Source: an uncultured virus (IMG/VR IMGVR_UViG_3300025121_000017)
Taxonomy: Duplodnaviria; Heunggongvirae; Uroviricota; Caudoviricetes
IMG/VR virus record: IMGVR_UViG_3300025121_000017
Length of the DNA: 60,760 nt
Reading direction: 5' to 3' (one strand)
The position numbers and the translations under genes are program-made. Position 1 is the stretch's first letter. Every line of letters begins with the position of its first letter. A model generated the notes under the pieces. The model was not told the DNA's origin. It saw nothing but the letters and a program-made list of their open reading frames with translations, and made no database searches. Below are positions 1 through 9,605 of the stretch, piece after piece.

Positions 1-141
1 TACCGAAGCGTGGTGAAGGTCTGGTCGCTCGTCCCAGACTCGGTTCAGGTGCGGCACGGCATCCTCGTGCGGGGTGAGTGCGGCGAGGACGGTGCCGTGT
101 TGTCCGGTAGAGCGGTGGACGACTGTGCAGCCAGGCTTCAT
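1..141 (-). CDS. hypothetical protein, partial (runs off window)
   Basis: ATG at 141 overlaps the exonuclease stop (ATGA); frame MKPGCTVVHRSTG... is open to the edge. Confidence 0.5.
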   Translation of the reverse strand, partial: MKPGCTVVHRSTGQHGTVLAALTPHEDAVPHLNRVWDERPDLHHASV

Positions 142-1046
142 GTGCGCTGCTCCTCGCTGAGGGGGATGTCCAGCCCGTCCTCAAGACTCACGAGCCAGTA
201 CGTTTCTCGGATCGTTTCCTGCACCGCCTTCAGCGCCGCCACGTCCCCGCACTCCCGCTTGTCACATTTTGGAGCCCGCGCCGGATGACACATGCTCGCT
301 CCGGACCTGGCCAGCGCCTTCAGCGTAGCCTCTGACAGCCTCCGCCACTGCACTTTCCCGTGCAAACAGTCTCTGACCAGCTCCGGATACTCCATCAACG
401 CCGCGTCCGCGACCTTCTCCCCAACACCTGGCAGCCCCCGAATATTATCCCCCGCATCGCCCCGCAGCGCCTTCCGGTGCGTGTGGGCTGTCGCCGCGTG
501 CTGCCCGCGGATGTCCACCGTCACCGGGTCACACAGCGCCCCGTCACGCGGGTGCAGCTGGTGCACGGTCCCACAGACGAGCTGGTGAAGGTCCCGGTCC
601 TCAGAGATGATGAGCACGCGCTGATTCTGGGCGCGCAGCTGCCGGACCAGGGACGCGATCACGTCGTCGGCCTCGTAGTCTCGCTCGACAGGTTGGGCAT
701 AGCCGCGAAGCTTGGCGGTGCGGTAGACGGCGTGCATGGCGGCACGGAGCTCCGGGTCTTTGGCCGCGCGGCCAAATTTGTAACACGGGTGAAGTGCGCG
801 GCGGCTGGCGCGGTTGTCGGCACCGTCCCAGGTGAGCACGACTCGAGCGGCGGAGTAGCGCTCGAGGACCGGGTCGAGCTTTGACCAGACGAGGGTTGAG
901 ACTTCCTTCGCGCGGGCCGGGCCAGGCGCGGGAGGCACCATTGCGTGGGCGGGGTGAGTGACGCCGTTGCCGTCGATGAGGATGACGTCGTAAGTCTCGT
1001 GTGTGCTGCTGGACATGGCGGCGAGCAGGTCGTCGATGGAATCCAT
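138..1046 (-). CDS. 5'-3' exonuclease / flap endonuclease (PolI N-terminal, T5 D15-like)
   Basis: LIDGN, TWDG...RRALHPCYK, YEADDVIASL, ISEDRDLHQL, LRGDAGDNIRGLPGVGEKVA (H3TH). Confidence 0.92.
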   Translation of the reverse strand: MDSIDDLLAAMSSSTHETYDVILIDGNGVTHPAHAMVPPAPGPARAKEVSTLVWSKLDPVLERYSAARVVLTWDGADNRASRRALHPCYKFGRAAKDPELRAAMHAVYRTAKLRGYAQPVERDYEADDVIASLVRQLRAQNQRVLIISEDRDLHQLVCGTVHQLHPRDGALCDPVTVDIRGQHAATAHTHRKALRGDAGDNIRGLPGVGEKVADAALMEYPELVRDCLHGKVQWRRLSEATLKALARSGASMCHPARAPKCDKRECGDVAALKAVQETIRETYWLVSLEDGLDIPLSEEQRT

Positions 1047-1273
1047 TACTTCGTGTCCTTCTTCAGAAATTCAAGTGCCCGCGCTACGGCGCAGTCGTCC
1101 GCGTGCGGAGGCACTTTACAGCGGTAAGCGACCACACCGCACTCATAGCAGAAATTGCTTTCGTTGTCCTCGGCATCGTGCGAGAATTGCGCCACTTCGA
1201 GGAAGTCAGTCAGCGCCTCGAGTATTGCCAGCGCCTGTTGCGCGCGGTCGTTGCTCACGGTCATCCTCCACAA
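1046..1273 (-). CDS. hypothetical protein (CxxC...H-x3-C)
   Basis: Fills the gap between operon genes; start may be ATG 1264. Confidence 0.55.
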   Translation of the reverse strand: MWRMTVSNDRAQQALAILEALTDFLEVAQFSHDAEDNESNFCYECGVVAYRCKVPPHADDCAVARALEFLKKDTK

Positions 1274-1662
1274 ATCCAGTGTAGGATCCCATCTCGCCCC
1301 CGCACCGCGTTATCCAGTTCATACTCCGGACGCTCCCCTGGCCTATAAAGCGCCCACATCTCCCCCTCCGGGTGTGCCACACAAACCCGCGCCCCATCCG
1401 GATCCCGCGCGCAGATCGCCCGGACAAACTCATCCTGCGCAGCCCGCCTCGGACTTCCAAAAAGCGCGAGCCAACCGATCCGCTCCGGCAGCGTCTTCCG
1501 GCTCCACATCTTGAACTCGAGCCAGCAGTGCCGCCCGGACGCGGATAGGAAGTAACGATCCGGGACACCGGTCTGGTACAGCGAGCCCGCGAGCACCTGC
1601 GTCTTGCAGCCTCGCTTCTCCGCCGCGGCGGAGAAGGCGCGTGTGGCTTCGGATTCGGTCAT
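1261..1662 (-). CDS. VRR-NUC domain PD-(D/E)xK nuclease
   Basis: MTESE...GVPDRYFL...WLEFK...AQDEF pattern typical of phage VRR-NUC. Confidence 0.8.
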   Translation of the reverse strand: MTESEATRAFSAAAEKRGCKTQVLAGSLYQTGVPDRYFLSASGRHCWLEFKMWSRKTLPERIGWLALFGSPRRAAQDEFVRAICARDPDGARVCVAHPEGEMWALYRPGERPEYELDNAVRGRDGILHWICGG

Positions 1663-1976
1663 CGCAGCGCCTCCGGCACCGACTCTGCCAGCTCCACGGC
1701 GCGGCGAACTTCCTCCCGCTCCAGGTCCACCTGATGTGCTAGCTGCTGCAAGTAGACCGGGGCTTCGTTCCAGCGAACCGCCTCAAGCGTTGAGACGCAT
1801 CGCCCGCGAGAGCCAGGCCCTTGTGCTGACGTGCGGCAGGCACGAAGGGCAGCCTGTCGCGTTGCCGCCGTAAATGTCCCGGACACGCTGACGTTGCGCC
1901 CCTTAGCGTCACGCGCGCGTCTGCCGCGCCGACGGTAGTACACGATCCAACGTCCGACTTCAGGCGCAGTTTGCAT
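1659..1976 (-). CDS. hypothetical protein
   Basis: Overlaps neighbours; GGAGGGG before ATG 1976. Confidence 0.55.
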   Translation of the reverse strand: MQTAPEVGRWIVYYRRRGRRARDAKGRNVSVSGTFTAATRQAALRACRTSAQGPGSRGRCVSTLEAVRWNEAPVYLQQLAHQVDLEREEVRRAVELAESVPEALR

Positions 1977-2817
1977 AGTCCCCTCCAGCCTCATCCACAA
2001 AATCCGCCCGCCATTGCCTGAACCCGACAAAATTCCCACACCGCTCAGGTGCCTCCAGAGCTTGCGCCACGTGCTCGAAAGGCGACAAGTGCTTCGGCGT
2101 CGCGGCGCTCAGCTGCGCAACGAGGCGGCGGTCGTCCTCGCACGTCTTCTCCGCCCACTGGTGATAGCTGGCTCGGGCGCACCGGGCCGCAGACGTAACC
2201 TGCGGGTGGATGCCTTCCTCCACGAACGGAGTGTGCCATTGCCCCGCCTCGAGCTTAGCCGGCACGCTGGAGTCAAGCGCATAACGGATCATCGCAGCCA
2301 CCTGCCTCAGCTCCGGCTGCGCATCCGGGTGGTCCCGGAGCTGAAGGAAGTTGGTCCATTCCGTCGCGCTCACGACCATGTCCACGGTAGCCCACGGCTC
2401 GAGCAGTCGATTCGCAACCTGCTTGTGCAACCCGACGTGGTCGAGGAGCCAGGACACGGACACGGCGACCCAGCGCAGCCAGAGCCACGCCCGGACCGCG
2501 ACACCGAGTCTCCAGCCCGTGAGCTCTTCCCTGGCCTGCATACCGGGGCGGTTGGCGCCCCAGTGCAGCGGGATGAACGGGCGCTCAATGACTTGCTTGC
2601 GGAACTTGCGCGCCGGGATGGCCCGACTCGAGCCCACGCAGAACGAGAAGACGCGGTGCCGCTCGATCTCCTGGAGAAGGATCTTCCAGAAGCCGGTAAC
2701 GTGCAGCGTTGTGAGCCGCGCGCCGCACGGGGCGAGGGAGTCGGCTGCGATGCTGACCGTGGTCAGGCCGTCGGTCCAGGTGCGGGCATCCTGTCGGCGA
2801 ATCTCTCGTCCGGTCAT
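1960..2817 (-). CDS. thyX: FAD-dependent thymidylate synthase
   Basis: Signature RHRVFSFCVGSSRAIP; HKQVANRLLEPW; LRDHPDAQPE; HLSPFEH. Confidence 0.93.
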   Translation of the reverse strand: MTGREIRRQDARTWTDGLTTVSIAADSLAPCGARLTTLHVTGFWKILLQEIERHRVFSFCVGSSRAIPARKFRKQVIERPFIPLHWGANRPGMQAREELTGWRLGVAVRAWLWLRWVAVSVSWLLDHVGLHKQVANRLLEPWATVDMVVSATEWTNFLQLRDHPDAQPELRQVAAMIRYALDSSVPAKLEAGQWHTPFVEEGIHPQVTSAARCARASYHQWAEKTCEDDRRLVAQLSAATPKHLSPFEHVAQALEAPERCGNFVGFRQWRADFVDEAGGDYANCA

Positions 2818-3131
2818 GCGTCGATCCCCTCAAAGATCTCTTTGCACAGCCACGGAGCGCTCTTTGCCAGCACGAGGCGGAACCGAGCCAGATCTTCCGG
2901 ATCCGCGGCTCGGATCCGGCCCAGGATAATCTCGCGCAGTCGGGGCTGTTCCGCCGCCGATTCCTCGTCGGACAAAAGGGAGATCAGGTATCCAGCATCC
3001 ATGCGCAGCGGGTCGACCTGTGCGATCGTGGTGGACAGATTCCCGATCGTTTCGGTCGGGTAAGCGTCGAGTGCTTCCTCGAGCAGACGGTTGAGGTCTT
3101 TGAAAACGGCTTCGATAGGGCGTATGGGCAT
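2814..3131 (-). CDS. hypothetical protein
   Basis: ORF coupled to thyX (ATGA overlap). Confidence 0.6.
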   Translation of the reverse strand: MPIRPIEAVFKDLNRLLEEALDAYPTETIGNLSTTIAQVDPLRMDAGYLISLLSDEESAAEQPRLREIILGRIRAADPEDLARFRLVLAKSAPWLCKEIFEGIDA

Positions 3132-3171
3132 AGTAATCGTTACTTTCTACATGTGAGTGTGCGCAGCTAAC

Positions 3172-3996
3172 TCAGCGCAGGATGCGTTGACAAAGATCGT
3201 CAGTCGATATCTTTGACGAGAATTTCCACACTATCGTCTCGCCGTGGTCAAGGACGTACGCGTCTACGTAATTCCAGATGCTGCGCTGTACCTGCTCCAA
3301 CGGAGCGTCTCCCTCGATAATATGCCAGCGTCCGTCGAGGCAGTGACTCTGCCAGAGCTTCATATACGCGTGGTGCGCCCGCTCCAGCCGTCCCTGATCC
3401 GCCTCGTAAGCGTCCGCCCGCTCCGGACGACGTTCCACGCTCAGCTTCGGGTCCAGGTCGACCAGCAGCATGAGATCGGGCTGGGGCAGCAGCTCGTGCA
3501 CCATCTCGAGCCAGGTTGCGTCGAGCCCGTCAGCTGCGCCGTACGCGACGCCGGAAGGCCAGTAGCGGTCGAGCACGACGGTCCGTCCGGCGGAGAGGTG
3601 CGCGCGGATTGTGGGGACGAGCTCGAGGCGGTTGAGGGTCATGAGGGCCTGGAGGGCGAGGGGCTCTGCCTGCGAGGGAGCCACGCCAGCCTGCTCAATA
3701 GATGCGTCTGGTTCCAGTACGATAAACCCGCGGGCGCTCGACACCCGCTTGAGATATTCCGTCGCTGCGAGGATCTCGTCGGGTGAAAGGTCGGATTCGA
3801 CGCGAAGGATCATAGGGGACTGCGGATCGCGGAGCATCCAGCCAACTTCGCCGCGAAGGTAGGACTGGATGGCTTGGCCCACCGGCGTCTCGTACGCCGG
3901 GAACTTAAGCAAGACGGCTCCCTGGATGCTGTCCGCGAGCAGCTTGGCCTGCGTGCTTTTCCCGGACCCGTCGATACCTTCAATGCAGATGAGCAC
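3172..3996 (-). CDS. tmk: thymidylate kinase
   Basis: IEGIDGSGKSTQ P-loop, FPAYETPVG, LDRYWPSGVAYG, PQPDLMLLVD; internal insertion of roughly 60 aa. Confidence 0.9.
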   Translation of the reverse strand: MLICIEGIDGSGKSTQAKLLADSIQGAVLLKFPAYETPVGQAIQSYLRGEVGWMLRDPQSPMILRVESDLSPDEILAATEYLKRVSSARGFIVLEPDASIEQAGVAPSQAEPLALQALMTLNRLELVPTIRAHLSAGRTVVLDRYWPSGVAYGAADGLDATWLEMVHELLPQPDLMLLVDLDPKLSVERRPERADAYEADQGRLERAHHAYMKLWQSHCLDGRWHIIEGDAPLEQVQRSIWNYVDAYVLDHGETIVWKFSSKISTDDLCQRILR

Positions 3997-4105
3997 GTTG
4001 CGTATCCTCTGGTGTAGAAAGGGGCGACCCCAAACGTACCGTAGGCGCTACTCACCTGCGTGACTTGCGCGAGGGTTTCACCAACTTCAGGGCCGCTAGT
4101 TGTTT

Positions 4106-4141
4106 ATTATCCAGATGAGCGCGCTACTTGTCAATGACGAT
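4106..4141 (-). promoter_or_regulatory. sigma70-type promoter with variant box (ATCGTCATTGACA) upstream of tmk
   Basis: Minus strand TTGACA (4134-4129), 17 bp spacer, GATAAT (4111-4106). Confidence 0.65.
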
Positions 4142-4171
4142 TTTCGCTATTCTTGAACTTTCAGCGCCTAG

Positions 4172-4612
4172 CTAGCTTTTGCCGCGAATTGACGTCCGAG
4201 GGCGCCGGCTCTTCATAGTGTCGCCAGTTCTGCGGACCGCGCCGATGCTGCATCGAAAAAGCAGCCCCGCTTTTCGCTTCACGTCTTTCAGATCGACGGG
4301 ACGCCCTGCAAAGTCCGGCAGAAGGTGAAGCACGTGATGCGTTGCGTCGCCGTCCTCTACCCTCAACCCGACGCGCCCGTAGTCGTCAGACTCGACCCAT
4401 ATGATCCCAGGCGTGCTGCAATCGCTCCAGCGCTCTTCTTCCGGCACATCTACGCCGAGCAGAAGGGCCTCGCAGGCTGCGGTCGTGTAGCCGGTCTCGC
4501 GACGTTTGGCGCGGACATCGGCGCGCTTGAGAGTGCGCATGCGGGCCAGGGTGTCGGCGTGGGACCAGCCGGTTAGGGATTCGATGTGACAGGCGCGGGA
4601 TGGATAGCTCAT
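4172..4612 (-). CDS. hypothetical protein
   Basis: AGGAG then ATG 4612, overlapping the upstream stop. Confidence 0.55.
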   Translation of the reverse strand: MSYPSRACHIESLTGWSHADTLARMRTLKRADVRAKRRETGYTTAACEALLLGVDVPEEERWSDCSTPGIIWVESDDYGRVGLRVEDGDATHHVLHLLPDFAGRPVDLKDVKRKAGLLFRCSIGAVRRTGDTMKSRRPRTSIRGKS

Positions 4613-4893
4613 GCGCCACTCTTCCTTTCTGCCACAGAGCCCACCCGCAGGCACCCGCTCACAAAACCGAGCAGCGCACCGAGTGCGGCGACATCGCCGT
4701 GCGGGAGCCCGACCGCGAAAAGTCCATCTTGAATAACGTCGCCGAGGAAGAGGAACTGCGTAGCATATCCAGCGAGTGCGCCGATGATGGATGCGATCAG
4801 AATGTCGAGAACGGCTGCGAGTAGGGTGAGCAACCAGAGAACGCCATAGCGAATAGCAGCAGCGATGTGGCTAACGATCGTTGAGTGACGCAT
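4609..4893 (-). CDS. hypothetical membrane protein
   Basis: Hydrophobic segments; overlaps the polymerase end. Confidence 0.55.
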   Translation of the reverse strand: MRHSTIVSHIAAAIRYGVLWLLTLLAAVLDILIASIIGALAGYATQFLFLGDVIQDGLFAVGLPHGDVAALGALLGFVSGCLRVGSVAERKSGA

Positions 4894-7825
4894 ACTTAAC
4901 CTCGTGTTTGTCTTCCCAGCTTACTTGGAATCTCTCCGACGACGTCTCGAGCGGAGTTCCGACGCGGTTCACCAGCGTCATGCCGGACCTGAGTGCGTAA
5001 TCCGTACGCGCGTCGTCCACGTCCCGGTGCAGCATAAAGATGTTCTCATCGTGGATCTCGCGGTCGAGCCAAGAGTTCCCATAGCAGCGACGCGTCACCC
5101 GGTCTCGCGCAATGCGCCCGAATGACGGCATCGTCAGCAATTGGGCACCACGCACGACGCCGATTTTAAACAGTCCGGCTGCCAGCCCCTGAATGAAACG
5201 ATTGACAGAGATATAACTGTTTTGTGCCGTGAGTTTACACTCTGAGCACGGCCTTACATTCTGCCCAGGCTTCTTCCCCTTTGCTTTAGTCGGGCACACC
5301 TGGCTACGCCACGGTAAGTGCGTGTACACTACGTCAAACATGAAGCGCCTCCCGGCTGGGTGGCGCATCCAGCCCTTCCAGCCGTTCGCCTCGGTGGCGC
5401 GCTTGACGATCTGCTCCTCGATCCGACGCGGTAAGGACTTCGCCTCCGGGAATGCCGCATAGTATCTCTCTGCCAAGAATGCACGGGCCTCCTCGATCGT
5501 CATGCCCAGGGAGCGAGCGAGCTTCGGTACGCCCATACCATACATGATCCCGAACGTGATGGACTTCTTGCTCTTGCGCGCGGCCACGAGCATCCGGATC
5601 AGCGCCTCGGCATCCCCGCGGTCTGCCGCTGCAACGGCCTTGAGTACCTGCTGCATCTCTTCGCGGGAGAGGTCCCGCGCGCCGCGCCCATCCTCAGATT
5701 GCCACGCGCCTTTCGCGTTTAGTACACGCAGGATGGCGCGGTCTTCGTCCGCCGCGCAGAGCTGGAGCACGTCCTCGTAGTCGGTCCGGAGCAGCCCCAT
5801 CGACTGGATCTCGTGGTCCAGCGTGGTCATCGCGGTCACGAGGCTGTGCGCGTCGATGGGTGTGCCGCGCCAGTGCCGCTGCGGGTCGAGCACGCAGCGC
5901 TTGAGATAGCCGTCGATGTCGAGGGTGCCCTCGCCCATCTCACGGAGCAAGCGGAGCTCGGACGCGACTTGCACTTCCGTCGGAGGTGTCCCGTAGCCCT
6001 GGCAGAGCATGGCGTTCCCCGTAAGTCCGGCGAAGATGCGTACCTCGATTTGCGAGAGGTCGATGGGGCGTCCGGCGTGCTCCTCATCCGCGAGGAAGAG
6101 GCAGCGGATGCCGAAGTCGACGCCGTCGTCCCGCATAACGTCCATCGTACGGATTAGATCCTGGACAAATTCGACGCCGTGATGTTCCCGGAGGATGTCC
6201 AGGACGCTACGGACGATGACTTCGCCTGTGGCTTTGTTGACTTTGCGCCCGCCGATGCGAAGAGCCTTGGTCGAGCTGACATTTGTGGCATTGTAATCTG
6301 AACTGCTCATACGCCCGGATGTGGTCTGCACGGTACCTACCTGGTGGTAGATGCGAGCGACGCGCGTGTCGCCCGCCTGCTCGTCCCACCAGCGGGTAGG
6401 CATACCCTTGAGACACCATCGATTCGGGATAGACTTAGCCCACTGCAGCACCGTGCTCGTTTTGCGGAGGACCCCGACTACGCTAAACAGCTCTCGGTGC
6501 TGCGGGTAGGCGTCAGAGTAAGCCTTCATCGCATCGATGGTGATACCTGCGTAAGCTCTTACCTTCACTGGGTCTGCGATGACGCGTTCCTGCTCTGCCC
6601 CGTTCATGAGCTGGAACTTCTTGCTCATAAAGCGTGTGTCGACTTGAACGCCCAACCCTGTGTGTGCCCCTCCGTCCCCGAACATCAACCGCTTGATCTG
6701 GGCGGGCGCGTTCGGGTTGAGCCGGGTCAGGTCCGTGCTGCACTCCGCTTCGGACTCCCGCTGCTCCACCAGCGCGCGCTTCTCGGGCGTGAGGGCCTCT
6801 TTTTGCTTGGCGCTCATGCGTCGCATATGGAGCCAGCCCAGTGGGCCAAGCTCTTCTTGCATTGCCTGGACCTTTGCACGGACCCACTCGGCACAGGCTC
6901 GCTGCATGCGGGTGGCTCCGTCGGCGCGGCGCGCTGCCGTCGTCAGGTCAAAGCGTGTGCCACGTTGGGAGGCGAGCAGGGCCTGATAGCCGGTTTCCAT
7001 TTCCAGGTCGTACAGGTCCGCCAGCTCAGGGCCTGCGTCGGACAGCTCCCCACGCTCGCCCCCGGAGAGGTCGAAGTAACCGCGCTCCCACCACCACCCG
7101 AACTCATCTGGCCAGCGCCAGGGGCGATAGACGTAGGGCTTTACGTCCTCCCAGAGCTCGAGAGTTGAGCAGGTGTCGCCTGCACCGTACTCGCCGGACA
7201 GGGCGACGGGCGCGCGCCAGATGTCAGCGCCGGGGCGGAAGCCGTGGGACTTGAGCCAGGTGTCGAGCCCGTCCTTCACGTCCTCGTACCCGCGTCCGGG
7301 CAGATATGTTTTTCGTAGTAACTTTAGGTTTAGAAGCTCTCGGGGACCGACGCCTCGGTTCGTGATTCGGTAGGCGATGAGGGTATCGTGCCCCTGGCCA
7401 GGGAGAGGCCAGGGAACGTGCTCGCGGAGGTCCGCAGCACGCTCGAGGCGCTGGGAGTTATGTCCGATGCGCAGCTTGTGCGCAGGCAGATCTCGGCAGT
7501 TATCGCGGTACGCTTGCATGCTATGTTCCGCGTCGGGCTGCTTGAAGCCGGCATAGCGCGGGTCGTGGCGGAAGCCGGCATAGCAGGAGCGCAAGAGGCC
7601 GTCTGGGCGTCTCCATGCGAGACTGATACCGCAGATGAGCGAGCCCTGCTCAGAGCGGAGGGCTGACTTTTCGTGGGCGAGCCGGTCGGGAGCGTTGCGG
7701 GTTTCGTAATCTTCCGCGCGCTCGGAGGCGTCGGAGGATTCACGGAGACAGCGAACCCAGTCCTCCACGGTTGTGCATAATGAATACCCGGCGAGAAATG
7801 GCAAAGTGTCACTCATGGCGTTCAC
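4871..7825 (-). CDS. DNA polymerase, family A, with 3'-5' exonuclease domain
   Basis: Exo motifs DYET, GHN, YGAGD; TTSGRMSS; motif A IDLSQIEVRIFA; motif B RKSKKSITFGIMYG; IQGLAAGLFK; motif C EIHDENIF. Confidence 0.93.
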   Translation of the reverse strand: MNAMSDTLPFLAGYSLCTTVEDWVRCLRESSDASERAEDYETRNAPDRLAHEKSALRSEQGSLICGISLAWRRPDGLLRSCYAGFRHDPRYAGFKQPDAEHSMQAYRDNCRDLPAHKLRIGHNSQRLERAADLREHVPWPLPGQGHDTLIAYRITNRGVGPRELLNLKLLRKTYLPGRGYEDVKDGLDTWLKSHGFRPGADIWRAPVALSGEYGAGDTCSTLELWEDVKPYVYRPWRWPDEFGWWWERGYFDLSGGERGELSDAGPELADLYDLEMETGYQALLASQRGTRFDLTTAARRADGATRMQRACAEWVRAKVQAMQEELGPLGWLHMRRMSAKQKEALTPEKRALVEQRESEAECSTDLTRLNPNAPAQIKRLMFGDGGAHTGLGVQVDTRFMSKKFQLMNGAEQERVIADPVKVRAYAGITIDAMKAYSDAYPQHRELFSVVGVLRKTSTVLQWAKSIPNRWCLKGMPTRWWDEQAGDTRVARIYHQVGTVQTTSGRMSSSDYNATNVSSTKALRIGGRKVNKATGEVIVRSVLDILREHHGVEFVQDLIRTMDVMRDDGVDFGIRCLFLADEEHAGRPIDLSQIEVRIFAGLTGNAMLCQGYGTPPTEVQVASELRLLREMGEGTLDIDGYLKRCVLDPQRHWRGTPIDAHSLVTAMTTLDHEIQSMGLLRTDYEDVLQLCAADEDRAILRVLNAKGAWQSEDGRGARDLSREEMQQVLKAVAAADRGDAEALIRMLVAARKSKKSITFGIMYGMGVPKLARSLGMTIEEARAFLAERYYAAFPEAKSLPRRIEEQIVKRATEANGWKGWMRHPAGRRFMFDVVYTHLPWRSQVCPTKAKGKKPGQNVRPCSECKLTAQNSYISVNRFIQGLAAGLFKIGVVRGAQLLTMPSFGRIARDRVTRRCYGNSWLDREIHDENIFMLHRDVDDARTDYALRSGMTLVNRVGTPLETSSERFQVSWEDKHEVKYASLNDR

Positions 7826-8657
7826 CCGCGACCATGAGCCACTCCCCAGCCTTACTGAAACGTGGGTCCGCCCCTGGTCTCTTCCCCTTCAGGTCTACTT
7901 CCCGCCACTCTGCTCCTGTCCACCTCTTCAGCTCGTCCTTCATTGGCTTTCCCTCGTGTACCGACACGGACGCTCCGTGCTGCAGCCCCCACCGGCACAC
8001 CTCCGCCAGCTCTTCATCCGGCATCCCGTGCGCATTCGGGTATTTCGTGGTCTTCACGTAGGGTCGGTCCACGTTGACGTGGTCGCCTGGGCAAGGGGCC
8101 GGCAGACTCTCCAGAGCTGCGCCTGCAGTGCTCTGCACAATCGTCACGTTCGGCCAAGGCGCGTCCGCGTGGGCATCGAGGCGCTTCGCCAGCGTCACCA
8201 GCCGGACTCGCTCATTCTGTACCACACCATGGCGATTGAGCTGTTTCTGCGCGAAGCCTGACGTGCGCTGTTCGGCGAAGTGCTTGCCTTCACCTTTCCA
8301 ACTCCACGCCAGGACGATCAGCATCTCTGCTGGCGTGCTCGCCTCGATGTTATCCTGAATGTGCTCCCAAAGCGCGATCGGGTTGGCGTACTCAGTGTCC
8401 CGCAGCTCCGCTGCGGCTGCCCTGGCCAGCTCCGGCGTCGAGATCATCCGCAGGATCTCCACAATGCCTGGGTCCGGCTCGACCCAGACGATCGAGCTCG
8501 GCGCGGAGCCCAGCTTGAGCTCTTCAGCTGTAGCCGGAGCGAGCCCATCCTTGATGCCGATGCGGCTGAAGAGGCGCCCGCAACCGAGCAGATAACGGGT
8601 CAGTCCGGCGAATCCGGCGGACATTTCGTAGAGGCAATAGCCAGTATCATTGGACAT
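7809..8657 (-). CDS. divergent Dam/D12-like DNA adenine methyltransferase-like protein
   Basis: Motif I-like YEMSAGFAG, VEPDP, motif IV-like VNVDRPYV (DPPY changed to DRPY). Confidence 0.55.
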   Translation of the reverse strand: MSNDTGYCLYEMSAGFAGLTRYLLGCGRLFSRIGIKDGLAPATAEELKLGSAPSSIVWVEPDPGIVEILRMISTPELARAAAAELRDTEYANPIALWEHIQDNIEASTPAEMLIVLAWSWKGEGKHFAEQRTSGFAQKQLNRHGVVQNERVRLVTLAKRLDAHADAPWPNVTIVQSTAGAALESLPAPCPGDHVNVDRPYVKTTKYPNAHGMPDEELAEVCRWGLQHGASVSVHEGKPMKDELKRWTGAEWREVDLKGKRPGADPRFSKAGEWLMVAGERHE

Positions 8658-8675
8658 CGTGTCGTCCTTGTCGCG

Positions 8676-9605
8676 TTAAATGTTCGCCGCCTGTCTCGCC
8701 CTCTCCCATCGCGCCAACCCCTCCTCAACCTGCGGCACGTGTCCGAGCACTCCAGCTCGCCGCACCGCCGCTTCGAGCTGCGCCAGGTCCGCGTAACTGA
8801 CCGCCGGCGGGAGCTGTATCTCTAACGCAATCGGATCGAGCGCGAACCGTGCCAGATATTGCAACACTTGTGCGGCTGAAGGTATCGGCAAGTGCAACCG
8901 CGCGTCGAACCTCCGCACCAACGCCCCGTCCACGCACTTTGGCAGGTTCGTTGCTGCAACAATGACCGTGTGCGTTGGCAGCGCGTCGAACGCCTGGAGC
9001 AAGAACCCCACGATGCGCCGAAGCTCTGCCACTTCCTGCTTGTCGTCTCGACGCGTGGCGACACCATCGACTTCGTCAATGAGCACGACGCAGGGGTGGC
9101 TCGAGACGAAATCGAAGACCTTGGCCAGGTTGCGCGACGTCTCGCCCATGTGAGACTCGACCACGCCGGATGTGCGCATAACGTAGAAAGGCCGGTTCAG
9201 TCCGTGAGCGATGGCACCGGCCAGGGCCGTTTTGCCGCAGCCGGTCGGGCCAGAGAGTAGGAGCTTGTGGCGAGGGTCTGCTCCACTCACACTGAGCGCG
9301 TCGGCGCAGCGCTGCTCCTCTACGAAGTCCCGCACCGCCGCGCCCACCACGTCCGGTAGAATCAGCTGCCCGAGCGTGACGGACGGCACTCGCATCGTCA
9401 GTAACGCGCGCACAGTGTCTGGCAGCGTGCTCACCTGCGGAAGGCGCCGCCGGAGGGCCGCGGCGAGATCTTGGTCTGTCTTGGCGTTCGAGGCGTCCAG
9501 GTCAGCCAGTGCGCAGTGCAGGTAGGCACGGAGCTGCGGGTGGAAGCTCGAGGCGTCGGCTGCGGTGTAGAGCAGGCTCGTAAGTGTGCTGGGTCGAATC
9601 TTCAC
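8676..9605 (-). CDS. AAA+ ATPase (IetA-like subfamily)
   Basis: Walker A GPTGCGKT, Walker B VLIDEVD, VAATNLP, ALVRRFD. Confidence 0.88.
   Translation of the reverse strand: MKIRPSTLTSLLYTAADASSFHPQLRAYLHCALADLDASNAKTDQDLAAALRRRLPQVSTLPDTVRALLTMRVPSVTLGQLILPDVVGAAVRDFVEEQRCADALSVSGADPRHKLLLSGPTGCGKTALAGAIAHGLNRPFYVMRTSGVVESHMGETSRNLAKVFDFVSSHPCVVLIDEVDGVATRRDDKQEVAELRRIVGFLLQAFDALPTHTVIVAATNLPKCVDGALVRRFDARLHLPIPSAAQVLQYLARFALDPIALEIQLPPAVSYADLAQLEAAVRRAGVLGHVPQVEEGLARWERARQAANI

Noticed and set aside
2014..3063. Long antisense ORFs (also 13512-14564, 28948-29952, 35312-36478, 59690-60571)
   Set aside because: Shadow frames opposite better-supported genes, expected at high GC
5560..6060. Intein in the polymerase insertion
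   Set aside because: No splice-junction residues or LAGLIDADG blocks seen
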